Origin: Octopus bimaculoides | Lineage: Eukaryota | DNA: 64,000 nt | Reading direction: 5' to 3' | NCBI RefSeq assembly: GCF_001194135.2 | Contig: NC_068989.1 | Coordinates: 35,620,708-35,684,707, forward strand | In this document: positions 25,401 through 38,518 of the stretch, one piece after another | Position numbering within the stretch: the stretch's first letter is position 1 | How the letters are laid out: each line of letters opens with the position of its first letter | Translations under genes and position numbers: made by a program | The notes under the pieces: generated by a model | Seen by the model: the letters and a program-made list of their open reading frames with translations, nothing else | Databases searched by the model: none | Told to the model about the DNA's origin: nothing

Positions 25401-28400
25401 GGGGGGATCACATACGCCATAGAAACCGGGAAACCTGGCTAGGCTTTAAAAGGGCACATAAATAAAAAAACTACCATAGTTGAATGATAAAATCATAATT
25501 AACTGATCCTTCTGTATTTTCTTTTATCCAAAGACAGGAACTTTTCAGTACCCCCTCATATAAGTGCAGGAATATGTGTATGTGATTGATTGGTTGGTTA
25601 CACACATACCTACAAACATATGTATGTGCATACATACATACATACATACATACATACATACATACATTCACATATATACGTACACACACACAAATACATA
25701 CATACATATGTTATGCTATTTCCATTCACTTAAAAAGCATCGGATGATCAGAATTCTTCAAACTGCATCCTTCTTTCCAGGTGAAACCCATCCCAGCCAA
25801 ATCTTCCCACACATTCTTTGTCCATGTCATCTTTGGCCTGCCTCTCTTTTTCTTTCCTTCTTCAACTGACCCCTCAATGGCTGCAAATTCACAGAACTTA
25901 CTTTCAAGTCTACTGTTTATATGATGGGGTGTTAAAAAGTTCCTGGCTTTAAGGGTATTGCAAAAGGTCCAACCTTCCGAGTTCTTTTACAGGGCTTAGA
26001 AAAACTGAAGGACTGCTGCAATCAGTGTAGGAATCTGAGAGGGGAATATGTTGAATAAAATCATAATTAACTGATCCTCCTGTATTTTCTTTTACTCAAA
26101 GCCAGGAACTTTTCAGCACCCCTTTGTATGATTTACACATCCACCAATCTGATTAGCTAAATCATGTCCATGTAAGCATTAAAGCCTTTTATGGTAATAT
26201 ATAGTAAAGTCATGATTCTAAACTGGGAAACTTGAGTGAGATGGTTTGAAACCCAGCAGATGCCTTATTACAGATGAAAGACAAAAATATATCACATCTG
26301 GTATCATACAGAGATGGTAACATTTCGATTGCAGTATAGCTGTGAAAATAACAGAAAAATTGGGTATTATTACAAACAAAACAAAAGTTTGTTTACATAT
26401 GTTATTGTTGCATTCTGAAAAAGCTATGTATTTAGCTTAATTTGATGGAGATTGTTGTCAATGGGCAGCTTAGCTTAATGGTAGAGTATGCAGTTGGTAT
26501 TTGAGAGGTGCAGGTTTGAGTCTTGCGGTTGTCTGTTGACAATTTTTTTCTGTCTTATAAGGATAATAATACCAGATGTTTTTGATATTTTCATGGCTAT
26601 ACAGCATTTGAAATATTACACTTCTAAAAACAAAATATCTAAGTTGGGCTTGACCCAAGAATTTAGAAAGATCAAAATAAATAAAAAGCGAATTCTGCAA
26701 GTCCTAGTGCAATCAGCACCTATCTTGGAGAACCTAATCCCTAATTAAAACTGTTGATGTATAATAGAGGAAGCTTTAGTCTTGCTGCAGACACACTCTG
26801 CTACTGGTAGCATGATAAAACCTATTGGGTCGACAATGCAGAGTAGTTGGTCATAGGAATAGCATCCAACAGTAAAATACATGCCAAAAATACAAGACAT
26901 ACAAAAATTATTTCTGTTGCCATGTGTATAGGATCAAGAAAAAACTGCAGTAAGTGTCAAGGTGCTATGAAACTTGTCCAATACAATACAATAGTAACTG
27001 TAACAAATGATATACCCTCAACATGAGAATACAATAATAATTATTTATATCAAAAGATGTACAAAAATTAACCTTTTAGCTTGAATATAGTGCCAAACAT
27101 TTGGTTGAACAAATAATGGGTTTTTAACAGTAGTTATGCCAGATCCCACATCATATTTCATTACAACATGGTTATTGACCAATTCCAAAGCAAGAAAATC
27201 CTGAAAAAAAAAAAGAAAAGAATTTCAGGAAAACATAGTTCATAGATAATTAGACCATATACGATTAGCCCATTTATAATTAGTCCATACATGATTAAGT
27301 CATACAAAATTAGTCAATATATCAACTGTGTTGAAAATGTTCCAGTTGTTCAATCCCTGCTTTCAGCTTTAATAAATTACAGAAACAAGAGTGCTTCCAA
27401 TTTTTGACTCACCCTAGTATATTGTACAGGGCGTCCCAGAAAGATTTACCCATTGATATTTCTTAATTATTCATAATAAACTCAAGGTAGGATAATGAAA
27501 TTTGGTACACGCATTCTAATGTAAATTGTCAATCCATTGCAGTAATTATTAGGTCAACCTATAAATAATGCAGTTTTTTATACTTCTTTTATTTTTCAAA
27601 ATTAAGATAAACTTCTTTTTTAATCTAAAATATACTCTCCTTCATTTTCTACAATGCTCTTCCATCTATATGGTAGACTTGCAAGGCCCCTCTTCCAAAA
27701 TTCACTTGTCTGTGATGAAAAATACTCCTCCAGTACTGTTCTGACCTCATCTACAGAATTTGTATTTTTTCTGTCCAAATGATTTTGAAGACTGTGGAAT
27801 AAATGATAATCAGCTGGGGCAATATCCAGTGAATATGGTGGGTGGAGCATCTTTTCCTATCCAAACTGCTCCCACCTTTGGAATGTCATCCTTGCTGTAT
27901 GTGGCCAAACATTATCTTGATGGAAGAACACCTTTCATCTTGAAACCAAAGATGGTCATTTTTCTTCTAGTGCTGACTTAAGCCACTCAAGCTGCTCGCA
28001 GTAGATCTCCTTTGTTATTGTTTGGTTTGAGTTTAAAATTCAAAGTGGACTAAACTTTTCATATCCCACTAAACAGATAACAACACCTTATGTGGGTGAA
28101 GACCTTCTTTAGCCTAGGGTGCCGGTGTTTCTCCTTTCCCTACCCACTGTCTTTGGCATTTGACATTTTTATAGAGAACCTATTTCTCATCACCAGTCAC
28201 TATTTAGTCCAAAAAAAGGTTCATTTGTGAGACTTGACAGCAAAGAAGAGCACACATTCACTCTCTGTGCACGATTAGACTCAGAAAGTTTGTGAGGAAC
28301 CAAATGTCCCAATTTCCTATTTTCCAATAGCACACGGGTGTTGATGAATGGTTGAATGACCAAGTCCAAGCTTCTCTGTTAATTCCTCAACAATTACAAT

Positions 28401-31400
28401 GAGATTTTGTTCCACAAGGGTTTGCAGGATGTCCTTGTTGAGCTCTACAGATCTTCCAGGATGAGGCTCATCTTCTAGGCTGTAATTTCCAGCTTGGAAT
28501 TTCTGGAACCATTGTTGATACTAGCTTATGCTTATTGTCTGATCCCCATATACTGCATTAATATTCATTGCACGTTCTGTTGTGTTGTTGCCTTTATTGA
28601 ACTCATAAAGCAAAATATGCCAAATATGCTCCTTTGTTACTTCCATTACAGCTTTGAAAAAATAACTGCTAAAATCGAACTGCACTCTTCAAAACTTGCA
28701 CTAAGAATAAGTACAAAGTAAAATTACTACCTGTTTTTATAGCAAGTTGATGCAGGTAGTTTATCCTGTCCTCTTCTGACATTTAGTTCATGCAATTGAA
28801 AAAAACTGCATTATTTATGGAATGATCCAATACATTTCCAAATGACCACCTTTCACCTTGATCATAGCCTGCAAATGAGTGGTCACTGAGTTACATAGGT
28901 TGTACTACCTCTTCATCCAACTTGATCCATGAAGACAGAAGGGCTTTCTTCAGATTAGACACATTTAAATAGGAGTGAGCAGAAACATTACTCTCTAAGA
29001 TGGACCAGGCAGCAAAGTCCATGGGACTGATGTCTCGACTTGAGGGAGGCCATATTGTCTTGTCCCCAAAACTGCTGAAATGCTCTTTGCACCAGCTCTG
29101 TATCAAATTAGATATGTGGGCCAGAGCCCCATCTTGAGTGAAGACATAATGGTCACCAAAGATTTCTGTAACCCAACATTTCCACATCAACTTCACTGTT
29201 GAGTATGATGCTGTGGGGATGAGATGAGCTGGAAGGAAAGGGCTGTGACATCAATGGTCAAGGGGCTTGACCGGAACAGGAAGGGTGAGAAAGGAAGTGA
29301 GGGAAGGAAGATCAGAATCATCTTCTTTTGCCTTGGGTACTCATGGCAAATGAACGAGAGGCAAGCAAGCTGATAGGGATGGGTACTAGCAGATGCTATT
29401 GTTAGGTGCGTGGGCTGGGCATGAGTTTTAGATTGAGTACAACTGGACGGCAAAACAACAAGAAGGTAGGTGAATTGTTTCTTATTTCCCTGCATTACAA
29501 TTCCCTCGTACAACAAGCTATTTCAGCAATCATGTATAAGTATATTTCTCCATTGTTGTTATCCCCTTCCATGTGATGGCAGCAAAGATAAGGATCAGCA
29601 GCAATGCTGTCAGACCTTTCTATGGTGAAGGAGATGTAGTAGCTTGCATCCATAAGATCAAAGTAGCGGCCAGTCTACAAGACATCAATACTATAGCAGG
29701 TCTCATGGCCCTGTACCTGGAGGAAGTGCACTAGTGCTGTACCTTGATACAGACGAGAAAGACCAACTGAGCATGGCGAAGATCGAGCAGTGCTTGAGGA
29801 AAGCTTATATGAAGGGGATGTATGTCGCATTTGCTTACCTGGGAACGGTCAGGTGGACAGGGGAACAGGTTGATGAGTATACTGCGGAAGTTTGGAGACT
29901 GGCCATACTGTCTGGCTTTACTGGAGAGGGTCTAAAGAAGGCAGTATGACTGGCCTTTGTAAATGGCTTTCCTGATGATATATCAGTGCGACTGCAACAA
30001 CTGTCAGGCAATGACAAAATGGCAATGAGTGAGCTCATCGTTCAAGCCTGCATGTTGATACAGAACACTGGGCAGAAGGCAGTGGCGATGGCAGTTGCAA
30101 AAGCCTGCGACATGGTACAACTGGTAAAGAAAGGGGAGAAGACAACTGCTGTGGAGTGATAGTGACCATGCATGGGTCAGTGCTTTAAGTACCAGGGTCT
30201 GCACATGGTGAGGGACTGTACAGAGATGAAGCCTGGACCCGTCTGCTACCAGTGCAGGCTGACTGGGCATATCCCGCAAAAATATAGCCAGCGAAAAGGC
30301 CATGGAGAAGATGCTGCCCCTCAAACTTCCCCATGAGTGAGTAGAGGTGCTCGTGCAGTTGCTGCCCATAGTTGGGAGAAAGGCGTTCAAAGCCCTTGTA
30401 GATACGGGCTGTATGATGTCTCTCTTGACCTTGAGGCTGACAAAAAAATGGAAGGGAATGAGTAGTGTTTGGGTGGTTGATGGCAGCGAGATTGGATGTA
30501 AGGGTAGTAGTGAATTGGAGATAGTGCTGCAAGGCACGACACTGAGGCTGTGGGTGATTGTGATTGACCATGTAGTAGACAGAACTGACTTGGTGATGGG
30601 GATGGATGCAATCAACTGCCTTGGAGGTGTCAGGATTGGTGGAGACATGGCTTTGTTTATAGGTGCAGGGACATCATGTGCTGTATGTCTGCAACATGAG
30701 AGGGAGCAGAGCTCTGCGAAGGACTGTACAGCTTACACCATTGAGGACAAAGATTTTTTGGATGGTAAAGTGGCACTGGAAAGGGGAGCCCCTGATGCTG
30801 AAGAACAGGCTGAGCTGCTACAGCATACCTTGAAGGGATATGCCAGGAGTGAGTTTGAAGGAGAGGTAGAGAGGGTGATTAAGGAGGGTGTCCTTATCTC
30901 GTGGAGGGAGGAGATGGTGAGCAGAGTGCTATCACTAATGGCAGTGGTGCAGCCAACAAAGAGCAAAGTCAGGCTGGTACTGGACTTTCAGGAGATGAAT
31001 AGCCATGTATTGTGCCACACAGGTGGCGAGTGACTGACAATTGTGGTGAGATGTTGCGCGAGTGGATACAGATGATGAGGGTAGCGATGATTGTCAACTT
31101 GAAGTCAGCATATTTGCAGCTCCTTATGAGCAAGAAGCTGTGGCAATATCAGCTTGTGCGATACAAGAACCAAACATATTGTTTGACCAGGCTGAGTTTT
31201 GGGCTAAATTCCATGCCAAAGATCATGGCGACAGTGCTCAAGTCTATCCTGGGAAAGGTGGACAGGACAAGAAGGGCTGCCAATTCCTATATAGATGACA
31301 TCTTGGTAGGCGAGACTGTAGTGTCTGCCACAGAGGTTGTAAGTCACCTCAAGAAGTTCGGGCTGATTGCAAAACCACTGGAGCCAATGGTTGGAGGAGC

Positions 31401-33683
31401 CACACTGGGGCTCAAGCTTCAATGAGATAAAACAGGCTCATTGATGTTTCAGAGGGGGAATGAGATCCTGGAACTGGGTACCAGCATCAGCAGGAGAGAA
31501 CTATTTCTGATGTGCGGGAGGTTCGTGGGATACTACCCAATCACAAGGTAGCTGCGGACAGTGTGCAGCTACAGCAAAAGACAAGTAGAAGGGGCACACT
31601 AGGGAGATAAATTGGGAGAAGGGACAGTTGCGATGATGTGGGAGATCCTAGAGAGGCCAAAAGCAGAAGACCCTGTAAGAGGGAGCTGGTATATGCCCAA
31701 ACTGGAGAATGGGACCATATGGTGTGATGCTAGCAGCATAGTGATAGGAGTTGTATTGGAAATTGGAGACATAGAAGTGGAGGACATGGCCTGGCTTCAA
31801 AAAGCTGACAATTACAACCACATCAACGTGGCTGAAGGGGGAGAATTTGGTTCTGAAATGGGATCTGCGCTCCATCGAAATCTGAACCAATTCGGTTACT
31901 GATGAAAAGTGGGTTTGAACCAAAGAGGCGGCAGAGATGTTAGTGAAGCACCACCTAGGGATTCTAGGAGAACTAGCTGCCAAATTTGGTTTGGAGCCGA
32001 GCGTGGTTTTTGTGCCTTCAGAAAGAAACAAGGCAGATGTTCTAGCCAGAGTGAAAAAGGCCTGGTTGGTGGAGCCAGAAAATTTGAAGTAAGAGATGCG
32101 AAGCTAAAGAGACTGCATGCCATGCATCATATGAGTGTGGATAGAACCTTGTATCTTGCCAGGAGGATTGACACCAATGTCACTAGGCAGAGCATCCAAA
32201 AGGTGGTCGGAAATTGTGATAGGTGTCAATCCATTGACCCTGCTCCGGGTGTGCATGAGCAAGAAAACATCTCGGTAAAGCACAACTGGAGATGATTGGC
32301 AGTGGATGTGATACACTATTAGCAAGGGATGTATCTCTTGATGGTTGACTGTGGGCCAGGTCGGAAGGCCATTTGGAGGGAATTGAAGACAGGTACTGGC
32401 TTCCTGAAGTTGGTGTTGCAGATCAATAGGTTATTTGCATTGCAGAACTCTAGGAGCCTAGTTCCCTCTTCCATTCTGGTACCAACTCCATGGCCCTCAT
32501 GTACACCATGGAAGATACCAGGTTGCTGTCTGACATGCCTGTTAAAATCTCCAGCCACAAAGATGAGATCATTGTTACTCGTCTTTGAGGTAACCTGCAG
32601 AAGAATATCATAAAAGTGATCCTTCTGTTCATTTGGTAGACCCAATTGTGGGGTATAGGCAGAGATAATTGTAGCTATACTATTCTGCAAGTCTAGCCCA
32701 AATTTAAGTACTCTATCGCACACCCTCACTACCTCTATGATCTTATCCATCCATTTCTCTGCAAGAAGTATGCCCACACCCCCCTATTCCATCACTGTTA
32801 CCTTCCCAGAAGAGTTTATACCTATGAGCTTTGCCTGTGAGGATTCTGGCTGAAGCTCCTCTCAACCTTACCTCTTGTATGCAACATACATCAACACGTG
32901 TCCATTCAAGCATCTCTACAATTTCATTAGACCTACATTTCAATGTGCCTACAGAGATATGGGAGGTAACACAGGAAGGAGAGATGTTATTCAGCACCTA
33001 AAAAGAAAGTTTCTGTGATTGTTTGGTAACAGACGTCATAATAATTGTTCTTGCTTTTAACCTACCATCATTTAAACATGTTAGAATTGTTAAGGTTATT
33101 GTCTCTACTGGTGGGTGGGAGTAAGGAAGCATTGTATATGAAAGTGTTTGGGGCATTGTAAATATAAGCGTTATGAGCATTGTGGGTGTAAGCATTACTG
33201 ATGCTGCAGATATAAATGTAAAAAAAAAAAAGACAGAGAGGGTAAGTGGGCTGCTATCTGGTTTAATTAGTCCAGCAATGGAAGAGGGAGAGAAAGGAGA
33301 GGGCAGCAAGATTACCAATATAAGAGGAGAGAGGGGAAGGGCAACAAGATGTCCAATAAGAGAAAGAGATTTCTGGTATTGATGGTGGAGATGCGAAAAG
33401 GTGGGGGTGGGCGCAACCACGGACACAAAAAGTCCTTTTAAGAGGTAGAGCAAACAAGAAAGAATTATTTTAGAGAAGAGATGAGTTTGAATGAATGAGG
33501 CGATTAAAAACAAAAGAAATTCTTAGCTTAGCTGTGCATATTTTTGAGTGTCATCAAATGGCCAAACATATGGGATAAACTAATGAATGTCTGAGGCGGG
33601 GGAACATGTGTGGAGGCAACAACAAGAAATGGACGAAGATAGCAGACTTTATCCTAAGCTTGAAAGAGAAATAGCAGGGAGTA

Positions 33684-33735
<52 letters not shown>

Positions 33736-36700
33736 CATATATATCATGCATGCATGTATATATTGCATACCAAATACATATGTCATACATTGTATGTCAT
33801 GTGTGTATGCAAACACAAACACACATACACACCTCATACAGATGAGAAAATGGCATAAGCCATAACATACCTCATTTAAAGGAGCCGGTTCAAATGGATT
33901 GCCAATATAAGCCAACAACCCATTGTCAGATACTGGATTGATAAACATTTGTATTTTGTTGTTGGAATAAGAGAGTGGTACAGAAGGGCTACGTAGACGT
34001 AGAGTGGTGTTAGGGAACATTTTCAAGCTCACAATAATCTGAAATTTAAAAAAAACAACAGTTATAAAAACATGTACAAATATATTTGTATTTGTGATTG
34101 TGTGGCAAGAAGTCTGCCTCTCAACTACATGGTACACGCATTCACTCCCACTATGGCATCTTGGACTAGTGTCTTCTGCTAAGCCTTGTGAGTGGATTTG
34201 GTATACAGAAATTGAAAGAAGCCTATCATGTGTGTGCATGTGTATTTGTGTTTGCATGCTTGTCTCAGTGTTTATCCCCTACTACAACTCGATAGTGAGG
34301 ATTTGTTCACATTTCTACAACTCAGGAGTTTCTTGCCAAAAACAACACATTATTGCTTCTGCACCCACCCTATTCACCAGATTTAGCACTTGCGGACTTC
34401 CATCTCTTCCTCAATATGAAAATGCAGCTCAAAGGTTGCCAGTTTAACACTGTTGTTGAGATCCAGCTGTTTGGCAAAAGAGACCAATAAGATAAGTATC
34501 AGGCTTATAAAAATAAGTGCTAAGGTTGATTCCTGTAACTACAAACCTTCAAGGCATGGCCACATCATGGCTGCAGTCCAATGACTGAAACAAGTAAAAA
34601 AAACAATAGATAAATACGTTCTTATAATTATGCTTAAAGAGTACTGAAGTGGCTCTCTTAAAGAACATATATGAGAATGCACTGAAAAGTTCCTGGCTTT
34701 AAGGGTGTTGTGAAAGGTCATGTTGGAGGCCTAAGGATTTGCTTTAGCCTGAGGCTGTAGTAGAAGACACTTGCCCAATATGTCATGAGGTAGGACTGAA
34801 CCCAAAAACCATGAGATTGAGAAGCAAACTTTTTAACACATCTACAACTGCACCTATTTGTTTTATTTAAGCTGTCTTTGAAAAATGGTTGCAGACAATA
34901 TTTTTTGAATGACAGCTTATTTGATGATTTCTATGGGCGAAGGTGAAAACATATATACTTAATGACAGCAATATATAAACTGTCTTCATCTATGACATCT
35001 GTCATTCTCCTTTTATATTCTCATGAACCTACCTAACCACCAAGCCAGCCTTGATTCTCTACCCTATTCTCTCTCTAGCCATCTTGTAGCTTGAGAGTAT
35101 ACCTTGATATTTCACTTCTACCATCAGTTGGATTTGTTGATATAAATATCTATATATTAACACTTAAATATTCATCGTCAGAAAGTTTTCAATTTTTGTT
35201 TTCTGTCATTTTGCATGTAAACATATACACATATTTTGTACCTGAACTGTTATATTTAATATATCTGATTTGTTTATCTGCATAATTGCCTCCATATCTA
35301 CTTAACTTGATCCCTCTTAGAGTCATTATTTACCCCATGGAATTGATCCCAGTAAAGACATTGGAGTCTAAGTTTGAACCATTTGAGCATCATGAAGTAT
35401 CTTCCATACTGAGAATCTCTGGATCTAATCTCTTGACTATATGTTTTTGTTGTTGTTGGCACTCCGTCACTTACGACGTCGAGGGTTCCAGTTGATCCGA
35501 TCAATGGAACAGCCTGCTCATGATATTAACGTGCGAGCGGTTGAGCATTCCACAGACACGTGTACCCTTAACGTAGTTCTCTGAGATATTCAGCGTGACA
35601 TAGTGTGACAAGGCTGGCCCTCTGAAATACAGGTACAACAGAAACAGGAAGAAAGAGTGAGAGAAAGTTGTGGTGAAAGAGTACAGCAGGGTTTGCCACC
35701 ATCTCCTGCCAGAGCCTCGTGGAGCTTTAGGTGTTTTAGCTCAATAACGCCCGGTCTGGGAATTGAAACCGCGATCCTATGACCTAACCACTGGGCCATT
35801 GCACCTCCACTTCTTGACTATATACACATACGTATTTGTACAGATACACACATGGACAACATGCATTTACACACACATATGCATGCATATATACACACAT
35901 ACGTACATATGCAGACACACATACATACACATACATATAAATACATACACACACTTTTTTCTTCCTTTCTTCTCAGACATTTACCTTCATTCTCATACTT
36001 CTTATATTCTTTTTTCTAATGAATGACTTAGTCCAAAATATTAAGACTCTTACTCTTCTTTTCTATTGAACCATTAGACTAATACAATGTTTGTCCAAAT
36101 TTGTCCTTCCTGTATTGTCTTTTTGTTTTTGCTTTTGTTCATTACATTTACAATACATACATGCACATATATTGGTGGATACACACACAAATATCACCAG
36201 CATTATCATTTCAACCTTTGATCTTCATTAATGTATTGACCAATATGTGTGTGTGTATGTGTTTGTTTGTGTGTGTGTGTGTGTATAAACATACAAAGAA
36301 AGAATAAAAAAAATTGGTAACTTACTGCATTGGCTGCTGATCTTGCTGATTTTATTTGCATCCTTAGTTTTCTTAAATCTACCAGAGCTTTGTTAGACTT
36401 GGACTCCAAAGATCTCACTTCACTGCTCATATTGACTATTTTGGAAATGATATCATTTACCTTCACTTTCACATTAACTGTTAGATAAGAAGAAACAATA
36501 TTTACAGTATTTACAAGAATTTAAACATGAAACAATAATGCAATATATATATATATTTATAGCATCATCATCATCTTTTAATGTCTGTTGTCCATTCTGG
36601 CATGGGTTGGATGATTTGATCAGAGCTGGCAAACTGGAGAGCTGTGCCAGGCCCCAGACTGATTTGGTATGGCTTCTATGACAAGATGATCTTCCTAACA

Positions 36701-38445
36701 CCAACCACTTTACCAAGAGTGCTGAGTGCTTTTATGTGGCACTGGCACATAAAAGCTTTTCATGAGCGCTTCTATGTGGTACTGGCACGAGTGCTTTTTA
36801 CATGCCACCAGCACAGGGCTATATGTTAAAGAAATTAAAAGATTGACAAGGGAACAGGAAATATGTAATCAATTTCATTCATAAACTTAAAGCTGTTTCT
36901 GCTACAAGATACAGAGCACTCAGAGCTGAATGCTTGTACATCATCTAACAGCTTCCGTGAAGCTTTAAAAATAAAGAGCATGTTTATTTGGGAAAACATT
37001 TAAATACATGGAAAAGATCATTAATCAAAAGGTAAAAACAAATAAGAAATGGAGTATTGAGTTTGAAGGATAAAAACTACTCCCAGAAATCTGTAAATTT
37101 AGACAGATTATATAGAATTAAGTAAATCATACAGCTAATTAATTATAGAGTTGGAACAGAAATACAGGTGGATCAATTTTGTTAGTCAAGCAAACTGAGG
37201 CAATCAGAGATTGTCCAACAATACAAGAGGCATCGTGAAATCAATAGTCTTGTATTTACATTTCATACTAATTACATTGATGTGAATAATTAAAAGAACA
37301 ATTTAAAATAACATACTTTGAGAAAGACTGGTATCAATTTGCTGCTTTATCTTTTGGAAGTTGACCTTTTCTAAATCTTTATATTTCTTCATTTCATCAA
37401 TGATATCATCTGCTTTGTTAGATAACTTGTTACTGGTGTCTGATGTCTTGTCTGCTTGCTTCGATATTTCATCAGCCTTCTTCTTCAGACCCGCTAAGTA
37501 AAAAAAATTTTTAATGAGAGAAAACAGGGCAAAATTCATAGCCACTTTTAGAGATTTTAAAACAAGTGGTAGAAAGGGAAGACATCCTTTGTAGACTTGA
37601 AACCTGGACTGAATCCTTGACACTGACAGTACTACATTAATGGCACCCAAGGAATAAGAGGTGAGGTTTAACTCTTTGAATCTGCAAATACACTTTAGTG
37701 GGTGTGATTTCATTTGAATCTGTCCCTGGAAAGAGCAAAAGTGGGTAGCCACAGGATTTTGTGTTTATGGCTGATAGTAACAAAGTTACTGGTAATTAGC
37801 AAGCTTTCACATCCTGCAGGGATATAGTTAAATAAAATCATACCTAAAATATACCTGTAAGTCCAAAGGATTAAATGAACAATGGTTTAAGTTTATCCCC
37901 AAATAAAAGAGGAAAATAATTAAAGACGAGGCTAAAACATTCATTCAATAAATAAAGTAAAATTGTCACATGGTATATATAAAACAAATAACTAATTAAT
38001 CAGAATGTTTCAATGTAGTTTCAGAGACTTTGATATATTCAAGCATGGCATTCATACACTATCTCCACTTTCTTTGATAAAATGTAATTCTTAGAAAAAT
38101 TAGGATGGACCAATGAGTTCGCTCAATCAATTCTTATAATTCAATGGACACACAACTAAGCTAAAGATTAACGGGTATATTGATGAACAATAACAGCAGA
38201 CATGACTGTGTAATTAAGAAGTTTGCTTCCTGACCATGTGGTCCTAGGTTCAGTCTCACTGCACAGTATATTTTATATCTTTTATCATATTTGTTCTCCT
38301 ACTAACATGGAATGAGAACCTATGATAGCATGAAATTATAACATTATCACTAATGCTTTAGTCATGATTAGCATAAGCAAAACCAGCTGGGTATGTTAAT
38401 ATTTTATTCCATAAATATATATTTTTTCCAACATAGAATTTTGTG

Positions 38446-38518
<73 letters not shown>

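Noticed and set aside
26468-26535. Functional tRNA gene
   Set aside because: A and B boxes are present but acceptor and anticodon stems do not pair; treated as a SINE head.
33000-33520. HDV-like ribozyme at the RTE 5' end
   Set aside because: Expected from RTE biology, but I could not identify the P1/P2/P3 pairings by eye; an RNArobo or Infernal search would be needed.
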